Notes: generated by a model not told the origin, from the sequence alone. DNA of 32,000 nucleotides from Candidatus Nanosynbacter lyticus (GCF_000803625.1 NZ_CP007496.1:240001-272000); one strand, 5' to 3'. Positions 5,199 to 13,941 are shown, counted from the stretch's first letter. Made by a program: numbers and translations.

Positions 5199-6767
5199 TC
5201 ATGTGTGTTTTTCAGCGTTTTTGGCCTGCTTGTAAGCTTTGGTGACTGGTGCCAAACCGCGCACAACGCGTTCGCGGTTGGCTTTTAATTGCTTTTCATC
5301 GCGGAAAGATAGTTTAATTGGCGTTCCCGCAAAATTGAAAGCTTCACGCAAAGTTCGCTCCAAATAGCGTTTATAGCTCCAGTGGACAAATTTCAGATTA
5401 CTGCCATATATAACAAACCACGGCGGAGCAACGTCAGTCTGGACAATGTAGCGCAGCTTCGGGTGTGAATTTTTCAGACCAGCTGGCGGATGTGCGGCGA
5501 TGGCTTTCTGTAAAATGTCGTTTAAGGCACGAGTTTTACATTCTTGGCGACGACGCTTATAGATATCAAGCGCTAGGTCGAATAACTTGGCGACATTCTG
5601 TCCAGTGACAGAAGAGGTAAATATTAACGGTGCGTACGGCGTGAACTTGAAGTTATAGCTGATTTGTGGGGCAATTTCATCATGAGTATAGGCGTCTTTG
5701 TCCTCAACGGAATCCCACTTGCTGACAACCAGAACAAGCCCCTTGCCCGCTTCGTCGATGATGCCAGCCAGCCGTTGATCTAATTGAACGTTCAATTCGT
5801 TAACATCCATCAAGAGAAAACAGACGTCGGCTTCGTTGATGGCCTGCATGGTGCGCAGGACCGAGAACTTTTCGATACCGGTCTCTTGCTTGCCCTGGCG
5901 GCGAATGCCAGCGGTGTCGAGTAGCTCGATGGTCTGGCCGTGGTAGCGGACTTGGACGCGGTTGACGTCGCGGGTGGTGCCAGCGACGTTGGCGACGATG
6001 GCTTGCTGCTTGCCTGCCAAGGTGTTGAACAGGTTGCTTTTGCCGACATTTGGCCGGCCGATGAGGGCAACGCGAATAATGTCGTCAGGCGCAGTTTCAG
6101 TGGCTGGCGGAATGAGATCGGCGATGTTGTCGAGCAGCTCGGAGATGCCGATGTTATGCTCGGTGGAAGTTTTGATGATGGTTTTAATGCCAAGTCGTTT
6201 GAATTCGTCAACGTGAAGAGATTCTTTCAGATCAGCTTTATTGGCGATTAAAATGACGGGCTTGCCGCTCTTTAAGGCTTTTTTGGCGAGTTGGCGGTCG
6301 GCGTCTGATGGATAGACGGTGGAGTCGACCATGACGAGAATGACGTCGGCAGCGGCAGAAGCATCGGCGATTTGGTCTTGGATGGTGGCTTCGAATTCGT
6401 CTTCGGCGGGTTTGAGGCCGGCGGTGTCGATGAGCCAGAATTCGGCGGTTGCACTCGCGCCACGCTCCTTCGCTGGAGTACTCTTTTCGCTCAAATCTCC
6501 ACTGGAGATTTGTTGCGAGCGTTCGGCTGAAACGCCCGCTTCTCGCGAACATTTCACGGCCTCCAGCGTAGGAGGTGTCGCGTCTGCCGCATTCTCATTA
6601 GGAGATGACGCGTGGCGTTTATATGAGACCTTACCAACAACGTTGTCGCGGGTGGTGCCGGCCTCACGGGCGACTATAGCTGTGCGAGAGCGTGTTAAAC
6701 GGTTAAACATCGAGCTTTTGCCGACGTTGGCTTGACCAATAATAGCGACAGTTGGTAATTTTGACAT
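5199..6767 (-). CDS. der: Ribosome-associated GTPase Der (EngA) carrying a ~56-aa in-frame insertion
   Basis: Two tandem GTPase domains are present. The first has GQANVGKSS, DTAG and NKAD. The second has GRPNVGKSN, DTAGIRR and SKWD. A KH-like C-terminus follows. The extra segment ASSPNENAAD...GASATAE lies between the switch I region (GTTRD) and FWLIDTAG. Confidence 0.9.
   Translation of the reverse strand: MSKLPTVAIIGQANVGKSSMFNRLTRSRTAIVAREAGTTRDNVVGKVSYKRHASSPNENAADATPPTLEAVKCSREAGVSAERSQQISSGDLSEKSTPAKERGASATAEFWLIDTAGLKPAEDEFEATIQDQIADASAAADVILVMVDSTVYPSDADRQLAKKALKSGKPVILIANKADLKESLHVDEFKRLGIKTIIKTSTEHNIGISELLDNIADLIPPATETAPDDIIRVALIGRPNVGKSNLFNTLAGKQQAIVANVAGTTRDVNRVQVRYHGQTIELLDTAGIRRQGKQETGIEKFSVLRTMQAINEADVCFLLMDVNELNVQLDQRLAGIIDEAGKGLVLVVSKWDSVEDKDAYTHDEIAPQISYNFKFTPYAPLIFTSSVTGQNVAKLFDLALDIYKRRRQECKTRALNDILQKAIAAHPPAGLKNSHPKLRYIVQTDVAPPWFVIYGSNLKFVHWSYKRYLERTLREAFNFAGTPIKLSFRDEKQLKANRERVVRGLAPVTKAYKQAKNAEKHT
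6471..6590 (+). repeat. GC-rich 120-bp repeat, copy A, inside der (antisense to der); full insert about 6444-6611
   Basis: The alignment to 30200-30319 is ungapped, with 100 of 120 positions identical by my hand count. It contains the hairpin AAATCTCC-ACT-GGAGATTT at 6493-6511. Confidence 0.75.
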
Positions 6768-6775
6768 GATTATAG

Positions 6776-6784
6776 ATTATAACA
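6776..6784 (-). promoter_or_regulatory. Extended -10 TGtTATAAT, 8 nt upstream of the der ATG
   Basis: Minus strand reads cTGtTATAATctataatcATG. No SD. Confidence 0.45.
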
Positions 6785-6825
6785 GTTTTAGGGTGTTTTG
6801 GCGAGGAGGCGGTTGTTGGTGGCTA

Positions 6826-7347
6826 TTAGTTGTGTAATATCTTAGACTTAATATCTTTGAGGCGATGATTAAGCCAGCGGCTGCATGAGCTCTCTATTTT
6901 CAAATAGTCAAATATATAGTTTGAGCTGTCGTGCTTAAACTTCCTCATCGACAGATCCCCCATTTCAGCATTATTGACGGCTTGGGTATTGTTTGGAAAG
7001 TCAGCAATATATATGGCTAAGGATTGTCTGTGTATGAGTATATAGTAGTGATTTTCAGAATTATGTATACAGTAGTAGTCTTGTTTTACTGTGGGTAATG
7101 TTTCTAGATTAAGTTTTTCTGCAATATTTTCTAAACCTACTATTACCCTACCATAATCAGAGACCTGTTCATTTATTATTTCAGGAAGAGATTTATTTTT
7201 GCTTCCTGAACACAATTCTAAAATACTCTCGCGCCTTTCTTTTATGGAGTCAATTTCTGGCGTTAATGTTTGTAGGTCCAACCAAGCTTCTGCGGCCTGT
7301 CCGTGGCTTATGTCTGTCTCTTTCCGCGGTGATTCTGGTGATTTCAT
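6826..7347 (-). CDS. Hypothetical protein, 173 aa
   Basis: An AT-rich ORF with no overlapping competitor and no motif I recognise. Confidence 0.45.
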   Translation of the reverse strand: MKSPESPRKETDISHGQAAEAWLDLQTLTPEIDSIKERRESILELCSGSKNKSLPEIINEQVSDYGRVIVGLENIAEKLNLETLPTVKQDYYCIHNSENHYYILIHRQSLAIYIADFPNNTQAVNNAEMGDLSMRKFKHDSSNYIFDYLKIESSCSRWLNHRLKDIKSKILHN

Positions 7348-7418
7348 GATAAGTTATTCTTTTTATAAATTTAAATACAGAAGATATTCTACAATGTTTT
7401 TTATCAAATGTAAATAGG

Positions 7419-8123
7419 CTAGTTGGAGATTTGTTCTTCCTTCCACTCACCCCTCCTAAGTTCTCCGAGGGAATATTTCCCAAAATCCGTACGATGGAGT
7501 TTCTTGACGGTGTAGCCTAGTACGTCAAACGTACGGCGGATTTGACGATTGCGCCCTTCGCTCATCTGAACTATCCAGCGGTAGTCATCGCCATCATGCT
7601 GTCTTTCGAGGGTTAATTGACTGGGTCCGTCTGGTAGCTGCACGCCAAAATCATTAATCATCTGCCGATGGAGAGGCTGCAGCGGCTTGTCAATTGTAAC
7701 TAAGTAGCGCTTAATCTTATAGAAAGACGGGTGTGTCATGCTATGCGCAAAATCACCGTCATTGGTGAGTAGAATTAGGCCAGAGCTGTCTTTGTCCAAG
7801 CGACCGACGGGTTTGAGGTGATGGAGGTGTTTTGGCAAGAGCTTGTAAATTGTTGGCACGCCGCCCTGGGAGGCACGTGAGCAGAGATAGCCTGTGGGTT
7901 TATGCAGAACGATCAGCTTCTTTGGCTGAATTTCTAAAGTTTGACTATTGTAGGTAATCTGATTTGTGCTAGAAATCTGCTGTCCTAATCTGGCTGGCTG
8001 CCCGTCAACTATGATCTTCCCTTTCTCGATTAGTTCGTCAGCCTTACGGCGAGAAACACCCAAACTTAGCGCCACAAATTTATTAAGGCGCCAAGAGTTT
8101 TGGTCGTTGTGAGAGTCTGTCAT
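7419..8123 (-). CDS. Pseudouridine synthase, RsuA/RluB family
   Basis: N-terminal S4-like segment (RLNKFVALSLGVSRRKADELIEKGKIIVDG) plus the catalytic motif GRLDKDSSGLILLTNDG. Its ATG overlaps the upstream gene's stop as ATGA. Confidence 0.85.
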   Translation of the reverse strand: MTDSHNDQNSWRLNKFVALSLGVSRRKADELIEKGKIIVDGQPARLGQQISSTNQITYNSQTLEIQPKKLIVLHKPTGYLCSRASQGGVPTIYKLLPKHLHHLKPVGRLDKDSSGLILLTNDGDFAHSMTHPSFYKIKRYLVTIDKPLQPLHRQMINDFGVQLPDGPSQLTLERQHDGDDYRWIVQMSEGRNRQIRRTFDVLGYTVKKLHRTDFGKYSLGELRRGEWKEEQISN

Positions 8124-9076
8124 TGCTCTGGAGTTATTGATGGAGGTTGTGGTAGTTGTGAGGCTTCTGGCGTTTGCACGGGAGCGGTCTGTGGTTGGGC
8201 TACTTCTGCGCCAACCTGAGGCTCAACAGGTGTCTGGGCGACCTGGGGTGGCGTGACTGGGTTTGCCGGCTGGGCTATTGATGCTGGATTAGCGTCTAAT
8301 TCCCTAGCCATGAGCTGAGAGATATCAACAGAATTTTGCGAACTGTCAGCGGGTAGCGGTTGGATAATGCGGTCACCTAGTCCAGATGGGCGCGGCACCG
8401 ACGAAGAGAAAGGCGCTGTAGGTTGCGGTAATGTTGTTGGCTGTGCTGGCGGTGTCGGCATAGCTACTGGTGTTGGCTGCTGAACTGGTTGCGGTGCTTG
8501 AGCTTGTGACTGATAGGTTTGCTGTGTTTGTTGTGCAAACTGATTTGCTGTAGGTAATGTTGGTGTGATAGTTGGAGCGGTCTGTGGTTGTGGAGACAAT
8601 GAAGACACGTCGGGTCTAGTTATTGGTTGTGGTGCTGGAGCTTGTGGCTCTGGCGTATGTGCAGGAGCTGGCTGTGAAACTGGTACGGGATTTGTTCCGA
8701 CACCAGGCAAATCGCCTAAAGCCTCATGGACTGCCCTGACAACATCTTCAATGCCCACTTGAGATTTAACCAAATATCGATCAGCTCCAAGCTGTTCGCC
8801 ACGCTTTCGCTGGTCCTCTGAAGATAGGGCTGTCATGATGATTACTTTTACGTCTTTTGTTTCTGTCGTTGAGCGCAGAATGTCTAGCATATCAAAGCCG
8901 GAAATCTTTGGCATCATCACGTCACTTAAGATCAATTGCGGACGTTCTTTGATTGCCATGGCCAGAGCTTCTTCGCCGTCGCCCGCCGAAACGATATCGT
9001 AGCCCTCCGCCAAAAGCCGCACGCCGTAAATCTCACGTAAGCTTTTGTCGTCCTCGACCAATAAAATTTTTGTCAT
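8120..9076 (-). CDS. Response regulator: REC domain plus ~190-aa Pro/Gln-rich tail, with no recognisable output domain
   Basis: N-terminus is MTKILLVEDDKSLREIY...LILSDVMMPKISGFDML...IMTAL...KS. The C-terminal two thirds are low-complexity P/Q/T/A with repeated QPQTAP. Confidence 0.8.
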   Translation of the reverse strand: MTKILLVEDDKSLREIYGVRLLAEGYDIVSAGDGEEALAMAIKERPQLILSDVMMPKISGFDMLDILRSTTETKDVKVIIMTALSSEDQRKRGEQLGADRYLVKSQVGIEDVVRAVHEALGDLPGVGTNPVPVSQPAPAHTPEPQAPAPQPITRPDVSSLSPQPQTAPTITPTLPTANQFAQQTQQTYQSQAQAPQPVQQPTPVAMPTPPAQPTTLPQPTAPFSSSVPRPSGLGDRIIQPLPADSSQNSVDISQLMARELDANPASIAQPANPVTPPQVAQTPVEPQVGAEVAQPQTAPVQTPEASQLPQPPSITPEQ

Positions 9077-9128
9077 ATACCTATACTATACTGGAGTTTT
9101 GACAAAAAATCTATAGTACTTATGGCTA

Positions 9129-11087
9129 TTATTCGCGACCAGGAACTGATAGCTGCTGCCGGTTTCTCTTTATCTCTTCTTCAATTTCAGCCAGGGTTGG
9201 CTCGGTAGAAGTTTTAGGTGCTTGTAGATTTGCCGTTTGAGGTTCTGGGCTGGGTGTAGCCGACACCTGAGCAGAAACTGCGCCGTTGGTAATATCTGGA
9301 GATTCAATAATAGATTCTTCCGGCCGATTTTCAGGCTTAATTTCAATATTTTCAGCGGTAGCGGGAGATGGGTCTGCTTGGTCTGAGGATTCTGCGTTTA
9401 TGTTCTCCAAACGCTGAGTAGCTTCCGCGCTACTGACTCGTGGAATTTCTAGGTAAAATGTACTGCCCTCTTTATATTTACTCTCAACACGTAAGTTGCC
9501 TGACATTGTTTCAGCTAAGCGGCGGCTTAAGTACAGCCCCAAGCCGGTACCACCAATTTCGCGGGTGTCAGAATTGTCAACGCGATAAAATTTCTGGAAT
9601 AAATGCGGAATGTCCTCGGCGGGAATGCCTATGCCGCTATCTTTAACGCTTATAGAGATTTGCTTATCGTCACCAGTTATATCTACGGTGACATCTCCAG
9701 ATGGCGTGTATTTGATGGCGTTTTCTATAAGATTACTAGCAACCTCCCTAAAATGGTCAGGGTCAATATTAGCATAGAATATTGGCTGTAGCGATTTTTC
9801 TTTACCTTCGTCAATCGTGTCTGGAGCAAAGATATAATTTAGCTGCTTTTCGTTGGCTTTTGGCGCTAGTCCTTCAAAAATTTCTTTCAGGAATTCATTG
9901 ATATTGATAATCTTTGGATTATTTTTCATTCGGCCGTCTTCTACTTTACTAATGTCAAGTAGGTCTTGAAATAGCCGACCCAGATGCTGCGCTGATTCGT
10001 GGGCTTTAGTGATGAAGTCGCGCGCTTTTTCGTCGATATTGGCAGTGGCTGGATTTAAGGCTAATCCCAAATACCCTTCAATGGAGGCAACTGGTGTGCG
10101 CATCTCGTGGCTGGCGGTAGAAATGAATTCAGCCTGCTCACGTTCTTCGGCCTTTTCTTTGGTAATGTCTCGGAATACCACAATAACCCCTTCTCCGTCT
10201 GTGCCAACCGGAGAGCTGACTACTGAAACAAGGATTCGTTTTTCGGAACTGGTTAATAGGAAGAATTTATCACTGTGGGCTGGCTGGTTTTTAGATAAAG
10301 ATTGAGAGATTGGATTTTCAAGCTCGTCAACTTCCTTGCCATCTGAAGCAACCAGTTTCAGAACGCTTTTCCAATTCAGCCCAAGCGCGTCGCCTTGCTC
10401 CCAGCCGATAATTTGTTGAGCTGATGGGTTGATTAGTTCAATATTGCCGTCTTTAGAAATAGCCAGAACGCCGTCATTGATAGCATTGATAACTACATCA
10501 GATTTACCTTCAACGGCAGAGAGCTTATTCTCTAGGTTAGACACACTATTATCACTCTGCTGGCGGCGACCCCAGAGAATAAGACTAAATATTAGAGGCA
10601 GGAATCCAAAAAATATATGTCCAATGATAAACTGCGTATTTATGCCACTCTGGGTGACGAAGGCGATGATTTGCAAGACTACCAGAAGCGCCATTATGCC
10701 TAGAATAGCTATACCAAAGAATCCAGCGAAAATTGCCACAATGATCCACATCGCTAAAAATGGCGAGACGACGCCACCACTAGTAATGATGGTGACGGCG
10801 CTTACGGCGACGGTTAATAAATATACAAAAATACCGACACTGGTTTCGTGTTTTTTAGGCAGCCAGAAACATAGAATAAGCATAATTAAGCTACCGATTG
10901 CTGCTACTCCAGCCGCTTTGTCAGAGACGGATAGGCCTATCGGCAGTTGATAGCCTGTAGGAATAAACCTTGCCCATGCGTATAACAGAATAATCGTAAA
11001 ACAACTTAATAGTGCTACTTCACACAACCGCCTTAACCAAAATCTGGAAATTGTGTGAGGCTTACAGCAAATCCCGCCCTTTTTCAT
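9129..11087 (-). CDS. Sensor histidine kinase (multi-TM N-terminus, PAS-like, HisKA, HATPase_c, acidic/Pro-rich tail)
   Basis: H-box STASHEMRTPVASIEGY, N-box NLIENAIKYT, G-boxes DSGIGIP and GTGLGLYLS. Confidence 0.85.
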   Translation of the reverse strand: MKKGGICCKPHTISRFWLRRLCEVALLSCFTIILLYAWARFIPTGYQLPIGLSVSDKAAGVAAIGSLIMLILCFWLPKKHETSVGIFVYLLTVAVSAVTIITSGGVVSPFLAMWIIVAIFAGFFGIAILGIMALLVVLQIIAFVTQSGINTQFIIGHIFFGFLPLIFSLILWGRRQQSDNSVSNLENKLSAVEGKSDVVINAINDGVLAISKDGNIELINPSAQQIIGWEQGDALGLNWKSVLKLVASDGKEVDELENPISQSLSKNQPAHSDKFFLLTSSEKRILVSVVSSPVGTDGEGVIVVFRDITKEKAEEREQAEFISTASHEMRTPVASIEGYLGLALNPATANIDEKARDFITKAHESAQHLGRLFQDLLDISKVEDGRMKNNPKIININEFLKEIFEGLAPKANEKQLNYIFAPDTIDEGKEKSLQPIFYANIDPDHFREVASNLIENAIKYTPSGDVTVDITGDDKQISISVKDSGIGIPAEDIPHLFQKFYRVDNSDTREIGGTGLGLYLSRRLAETMSGNLRVESKYKEGSTFYLEIPRVSSAEATQRLENINAESSDQADPSPATAENIEIKPENRPEESIIESPDITNGAVSAQVSATPSPEPQTANLQAPKTSTEPTLAEIEEEIKRNRQQLSVPGRE

Positions 11088-11131
11088 ACCTTTTATTATG
11101 GCGAATTTTCAGGAAAATCTCAAGAGTTATG

Positions 11132-11140
11132 TGGTATAGT
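11132..11140 (+). promoter_or_regulatory. Extended -10 TGgTATAGT, 6 nt upstream of ATG 11147
   Basis: Sequence is gTGgTATAGTaattgcATGaat. No SD. Confidence 0.45.
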
Positions 11141-11146
11141 AATTGC

Positions 11147-12355
11147 ATGAATAATGATTTGGATCGGAATCAAAATGATAATCTCACAAATAATGAATCG
11201 CCCACCCTGCCTAATGCTGGAAATGTAAAAGATCAACAAACTTCTATGGAATCCTCAACAGCCACGGGTCCTTCGTTTGATAAGAGTATGGATAAGAATA
11301 AAGCATTTAAGTATGCAGTATTTTATGTGATTATTTCTGTTATTGCGATATTTGCGGGGATTTATATTTTTGGGCAAGGGTTAAGTAATCGTGGTGATAA
11401 TTTTGGGAATTATAGCGTTTTCTTAGCTACTGAATTTTTGGTCATTGGCGTTATATATAGCTCTCTGCTTTTGGCTGGATCTATGATCATACAATATAAA
11501 AAAGGGCGCTACCATTTCATCGACCGGGCGGTGAAGAATAGTCCCAAGGCTGCTTTTTATGCTGCAATAGCTGTAGTGATATTCTTAACGTTGCTCTGGG
11601 GGTCTGATAGACCTATGACAATATTCACACTCCTTCTCTCTCCTGTCGCCGCTTTTGCTTCCGCTCTGGAGATTATTAATGAAGAGTCGGTGCGACGATA
11701 TGCCATTAATATGTCGATTACTGATGGAAAAATAGAGAAAAAACACGCCCTTTTATATACCATAATTTACATAATTCTCTGTCTTCTTGTGCCGGTGTTT
11801 TTTGCTATTGTTGTATTTGATAGTCGTGATGTACTATATGCTGGTGCTGGATTAGCGTCGCTCGTTGAGGTCATATTTCCTATTGCGGCTATGATTATAG
11901 GGATGCTTATCTGTATTTCGATTTATTGGTATCAATCTGGGCGGTATTGGATTGCGAATTATCTAGTGAAAAACGGCAAATTAGTTAACTCATTTTTTAC
12001 CGCTATAATTTTTTACACGATTATGTCTTTCTTGAGCCCGTCAGCTGATATGGAAGATAAATATTCAATAATATGGCTTCCTATATCTTTGATGTTCTTG
12101 TTTTTTAAATTTATTGCCTTAATCAGCCCGCTGGTGGCGCTAGCGTATGTCTCTTGGATTACAGCGTCGTGTTATATAGGAGGTCGTCGCATAAAGTCTA
12201 TTGAAGAGAACGTAGAAAAACGTCATTTAGATTATGCGGAGCATTACGAGAATCAACCACTTTCATATAAGTGGATCAAGCCTATGATCATTACCATTAT
12301 TGCGATTATCGTCTTGCTTGCAATACTGATTCCGTTATTAATTGCGATAGGATAA
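11147..12355 (+). CDS. Polytopic membrane protein, unknown family (paralog A)
   Basis: I moved the start to M46 of track ORF 11012..12355, because the upstream part overlaps the HK gene. The N-terminus is N/D/Q-rich and is followed by about 10 TM helices. It shares the motifs ISIYWYQSGRYWI and VKNSPKA with the next gene. Confidence 0.6.
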   Translation: MNNDLDRNQNDNLTNNESPTLPNAGNVKDQQTSMESSTATGPSFDKSMDKNKAFKYAVFYVIISVIAIFAGIYIFGQGLSNRGDNFGNYSVFLATEFLVIGVIYSSLLLAGSMIIQYKKGRYHFIDRAVKNSPKAAFYAAIAVVIFLTLLWGSDRPMTIFTLLLSPVAAFASALEIINEESVRRYAINMSITDGKIEKKHALLYTIIYIILCLLVPVFFAIVVFDSRDVLYAGAGLASLVEVIFPIAAMIIGMLICISIYWYQSGRYWIANYLVKNGKLVNSFFTAIIFYTIMSFLSPSADMEDKYSIIWLPISLMFLFFKFIALISPLVALAYVSWITASCYIGGRRIKSIEENVEKRHLDYAEHYENQPLSYKWIKPMIITIIAIIVLLAILIPLLIAIG

Positions 12356-12390
12356 TAATTTGAAAATATAATAGTCAGGAGAATAATTCT

Positions 12391-13383
12391 ATGAATAATG
12401 ATCAATATAATAACCGAAACAATAATCCCGACGTAAGCAATGCACCAAACTATGGCAATACGGAGAAAAAGAGAGCCTTCAACCGTGTTGTACTCTTTTC
12501 TATAATATTTACTATCATTATACTATTGGGGGTTTACGTGTCAGTGCGAGGATTAGGGCAGTATGACAGATACGTCCTTTTCTTGACAGAAATCATTCTG
12601 ACTACATCTATGGCTAGCTCTCTGTTACTGATTAGTTTTATGATTAGGTGGTATAGGGGTGGTGATTATCAAAATGTTAACAAAATGGTAAAGGATAGCC
12701 CAAGGGCGGTAATCTACTCTTCTGTGTTGTCGGTAATAGTTTTTATGGCACTTTGGTTATACGGTAAGTCTATACCAGTAGATGTCTTGGTGCTTTTTCC
12801 TGTAATCATCTTTTCTGTTGAGCTGTTGAGCTGTTCTTTGCCGACGCCTATGGATATAATTGACCTATTAGCAAATAGTTCGTTTCCGCGCGAGGAGGAT
12901 ATGGATGAGTGGCAGCGTGTTGATGTACGTCCTACTAAAGATATGAAGAATAAGGCTCTTAGGCGAACTGCGGTCTTTGTGATAATTTGTCTCATCTCGG
13001 TGGGTTCCACTAGTACCTTATTGGGTATACTTAAGTCGTTTGCTGGTCCTTTGGGCTATATATTAGAAGCATTAGGATTGTATATATTAATGCTTGCTTG
13101 CATTTCAATCTATTGGTATAAAACTGGACGATATTGGATTACTGATAAAGTTTCAAAAGTCTTGACTGCCATTGGACGTGCGACGGTCATATTTTATGTA
13201 TTAGTCGTTTTCTTACGATTCGGGCTATTTTTCCCCATTGCCAATAAAGACGTATTCATCGTAAAGGTCTTGTCGACTATTGATATGATCAATTTTAATT
13301 TCTCTCCTATTGTTATTTTTCTGGTCGTTTTAATATATAGCTCTTGGGCTATGCTGTCTTATCATAAAAAAGTCGACGTCTAA
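12391..13383 (+). CDS. Polytopic membrane protein, unknown family (paralog B)
   Basis: An AGGAG SD lies 9 nt upstream. The N-terminus is MNNDQYNNRNNN. The motifs ISIYWYKTGRYWI and VKDSPRA are shared with paralog A. Confidence 0.6.
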   Translation: MNNDQYNNRNNNPDVSNAPNYGNTEKKRAFNRVVLFSIIFTIIILLGVYVSVRGLGQYDRYVLFLTEIILTTSMASSLLLISFMIRWYRGGDYQNVNKMVKDSPRAVIYSSVLSVIVFMALWLYGKSIPVDVLVLFPVIIFSVELLSCSLPTPMDIIDLLANSSFPREEDMDEWQRVDVRPTKDMKNKALRRTAVFVIICLISVGSTSTLLGILKSFAGPLGYILEALGLYILMLACISIYWYKTGRYWITDKVSKVLTAIGRATVIFYVLVVFLRFGLFFPIANKDVFIVKVLSTIDMINFNFSPIVIFLVVLIYSSWAMLSYHKKVDV

Positions 13384-13417
13384 CATAGAGAAAAAGTAGA
13401 CAAACCCTCCCTTTCTA

Positions 13418-13426
13418 TGGTATAAT
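13418..13426 (+). promoter_or_regulatory. Extended -10 TGgTATAAT upstream of tRNA-Glu
   Basis: Sequence is ctaTGgTATAATccatggagttac followed by the tRNA, 12 nt before the mature 5' end. Confidence 0.5.
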
Positions 13427-13438
13427 CCATGGAGTTAC

Positions 13439-13513
13439 GGCCCTATCGTCTAGCGGTTAGGACACCAGGTTCTCATCCTGGCAACCCGGGTTCGATTCCC
13501 GGTGGGGTCACCA
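13439..13513 (+). tRNA. tRNA-Glu (anticodon CUC), CCA encoded
   Basis: Hand-folded cloverleaf. Acceptor stem is GGCCCTA/TGGGGTC, anticodon stem CCAGG/CCTGG with loop TTCTCAT, and T-arm CCGGG-TTCGATT-CCCGG. The 3' end is ACCA. Confidence 0.9.
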
Positions 13514-13523
13514 AAAATATTTT

Positions 13524-13547
13524 GGCGGAGCTTTTTCCGTCTTTTTT
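13524..13547 (+). terminator. Intrinsic terminator after tRNA-Glu
   Basis: GGCGGA-gctttt-TCCGTC (6 bp including one G-U) followed by TTTTTT. It abuts the stop of the convergent REC gene. Confidence 0.55.
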
Positions 13548-13549
13548 AT

Positions 13550-13933
13550 TTATGATTTATCATTGTCCATCTGCTTAACGACTTCAATGAGGTTGCGTGG
13601 CGTAATGTCGGCTTTAATCAGATAGCCATCGACGCGACCCATCACAGACTTGCGAGAAGACTCATCTTGCTCGAAATTAGTCATAATCAGCACCTTGCTA
13701 TTTGGGATTAGATCGACATCATTATTACGGAGTGAATTTAAAATCTGATCACCGCGCTGCTCTGGCAGCATCAAGTCCAGAATAATTAGATCAAATTGCT
13801 GATTACGCGCTGCTACCAGCCCATCATTGCCGTCAACCACCCATGTTACATCATAGCCGGCTTTTTGCAGACTTCTGACATACATTTCGCCAATAAATCG
13901 GTCATCTTCTACGCATAAAATTGTCTTTATCAT
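13550..13933 (-). CDS. Single-domain (CheY-like, REC-only) response regulator
   Basis: 127 aa with MIKTILCVEDDRFIGEMY...LIILDLMLPEQRG...IMTN...K. An AGGAGG SD lies upstream. Confidence 0.85.
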   Translation of the reverse strand: MIKTILCVEDDRFIGEMYVRSLQKAGYDVTWVVDGNDGLVAARNQQFDLIILDLMLPEQRGDQILNSLRNNDVDLIPNSKVLIMTNFEQDESSRKSVMGRVDGYLIKADITPRNLIEVVKQMDNDKS

Positions 13934-13941
13934 AATTCCTC

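Noticed and set aside
5810-6735. Several 60-140-aa ORFs on both strands inside der (for example 5810..6211, 6238..6552 and 6319..6735)
   Set aside because: These are shadow ORFs caused by the GC-rich der sequence and the stop-free repeat insert. They overlap a well-supported conserved gene entirely.
8565-8762. 65-aa plus-strand ORF rich in Gly/Cys
   Set aside because: It is the antisense reading of the Pro/Gln-rich repeat region of the response regulator, so it is a compositional artefact.
11012-11146. N-terminal 45 codons of track ORF 11012..12355
   Set aside because: It overlaps the start of the divergent histidine kinase gene. TGgTATAGT lies 6 nt upstream of ATG 11147, and the paralog's N-terminus (MNND...) matches a start at 11147.
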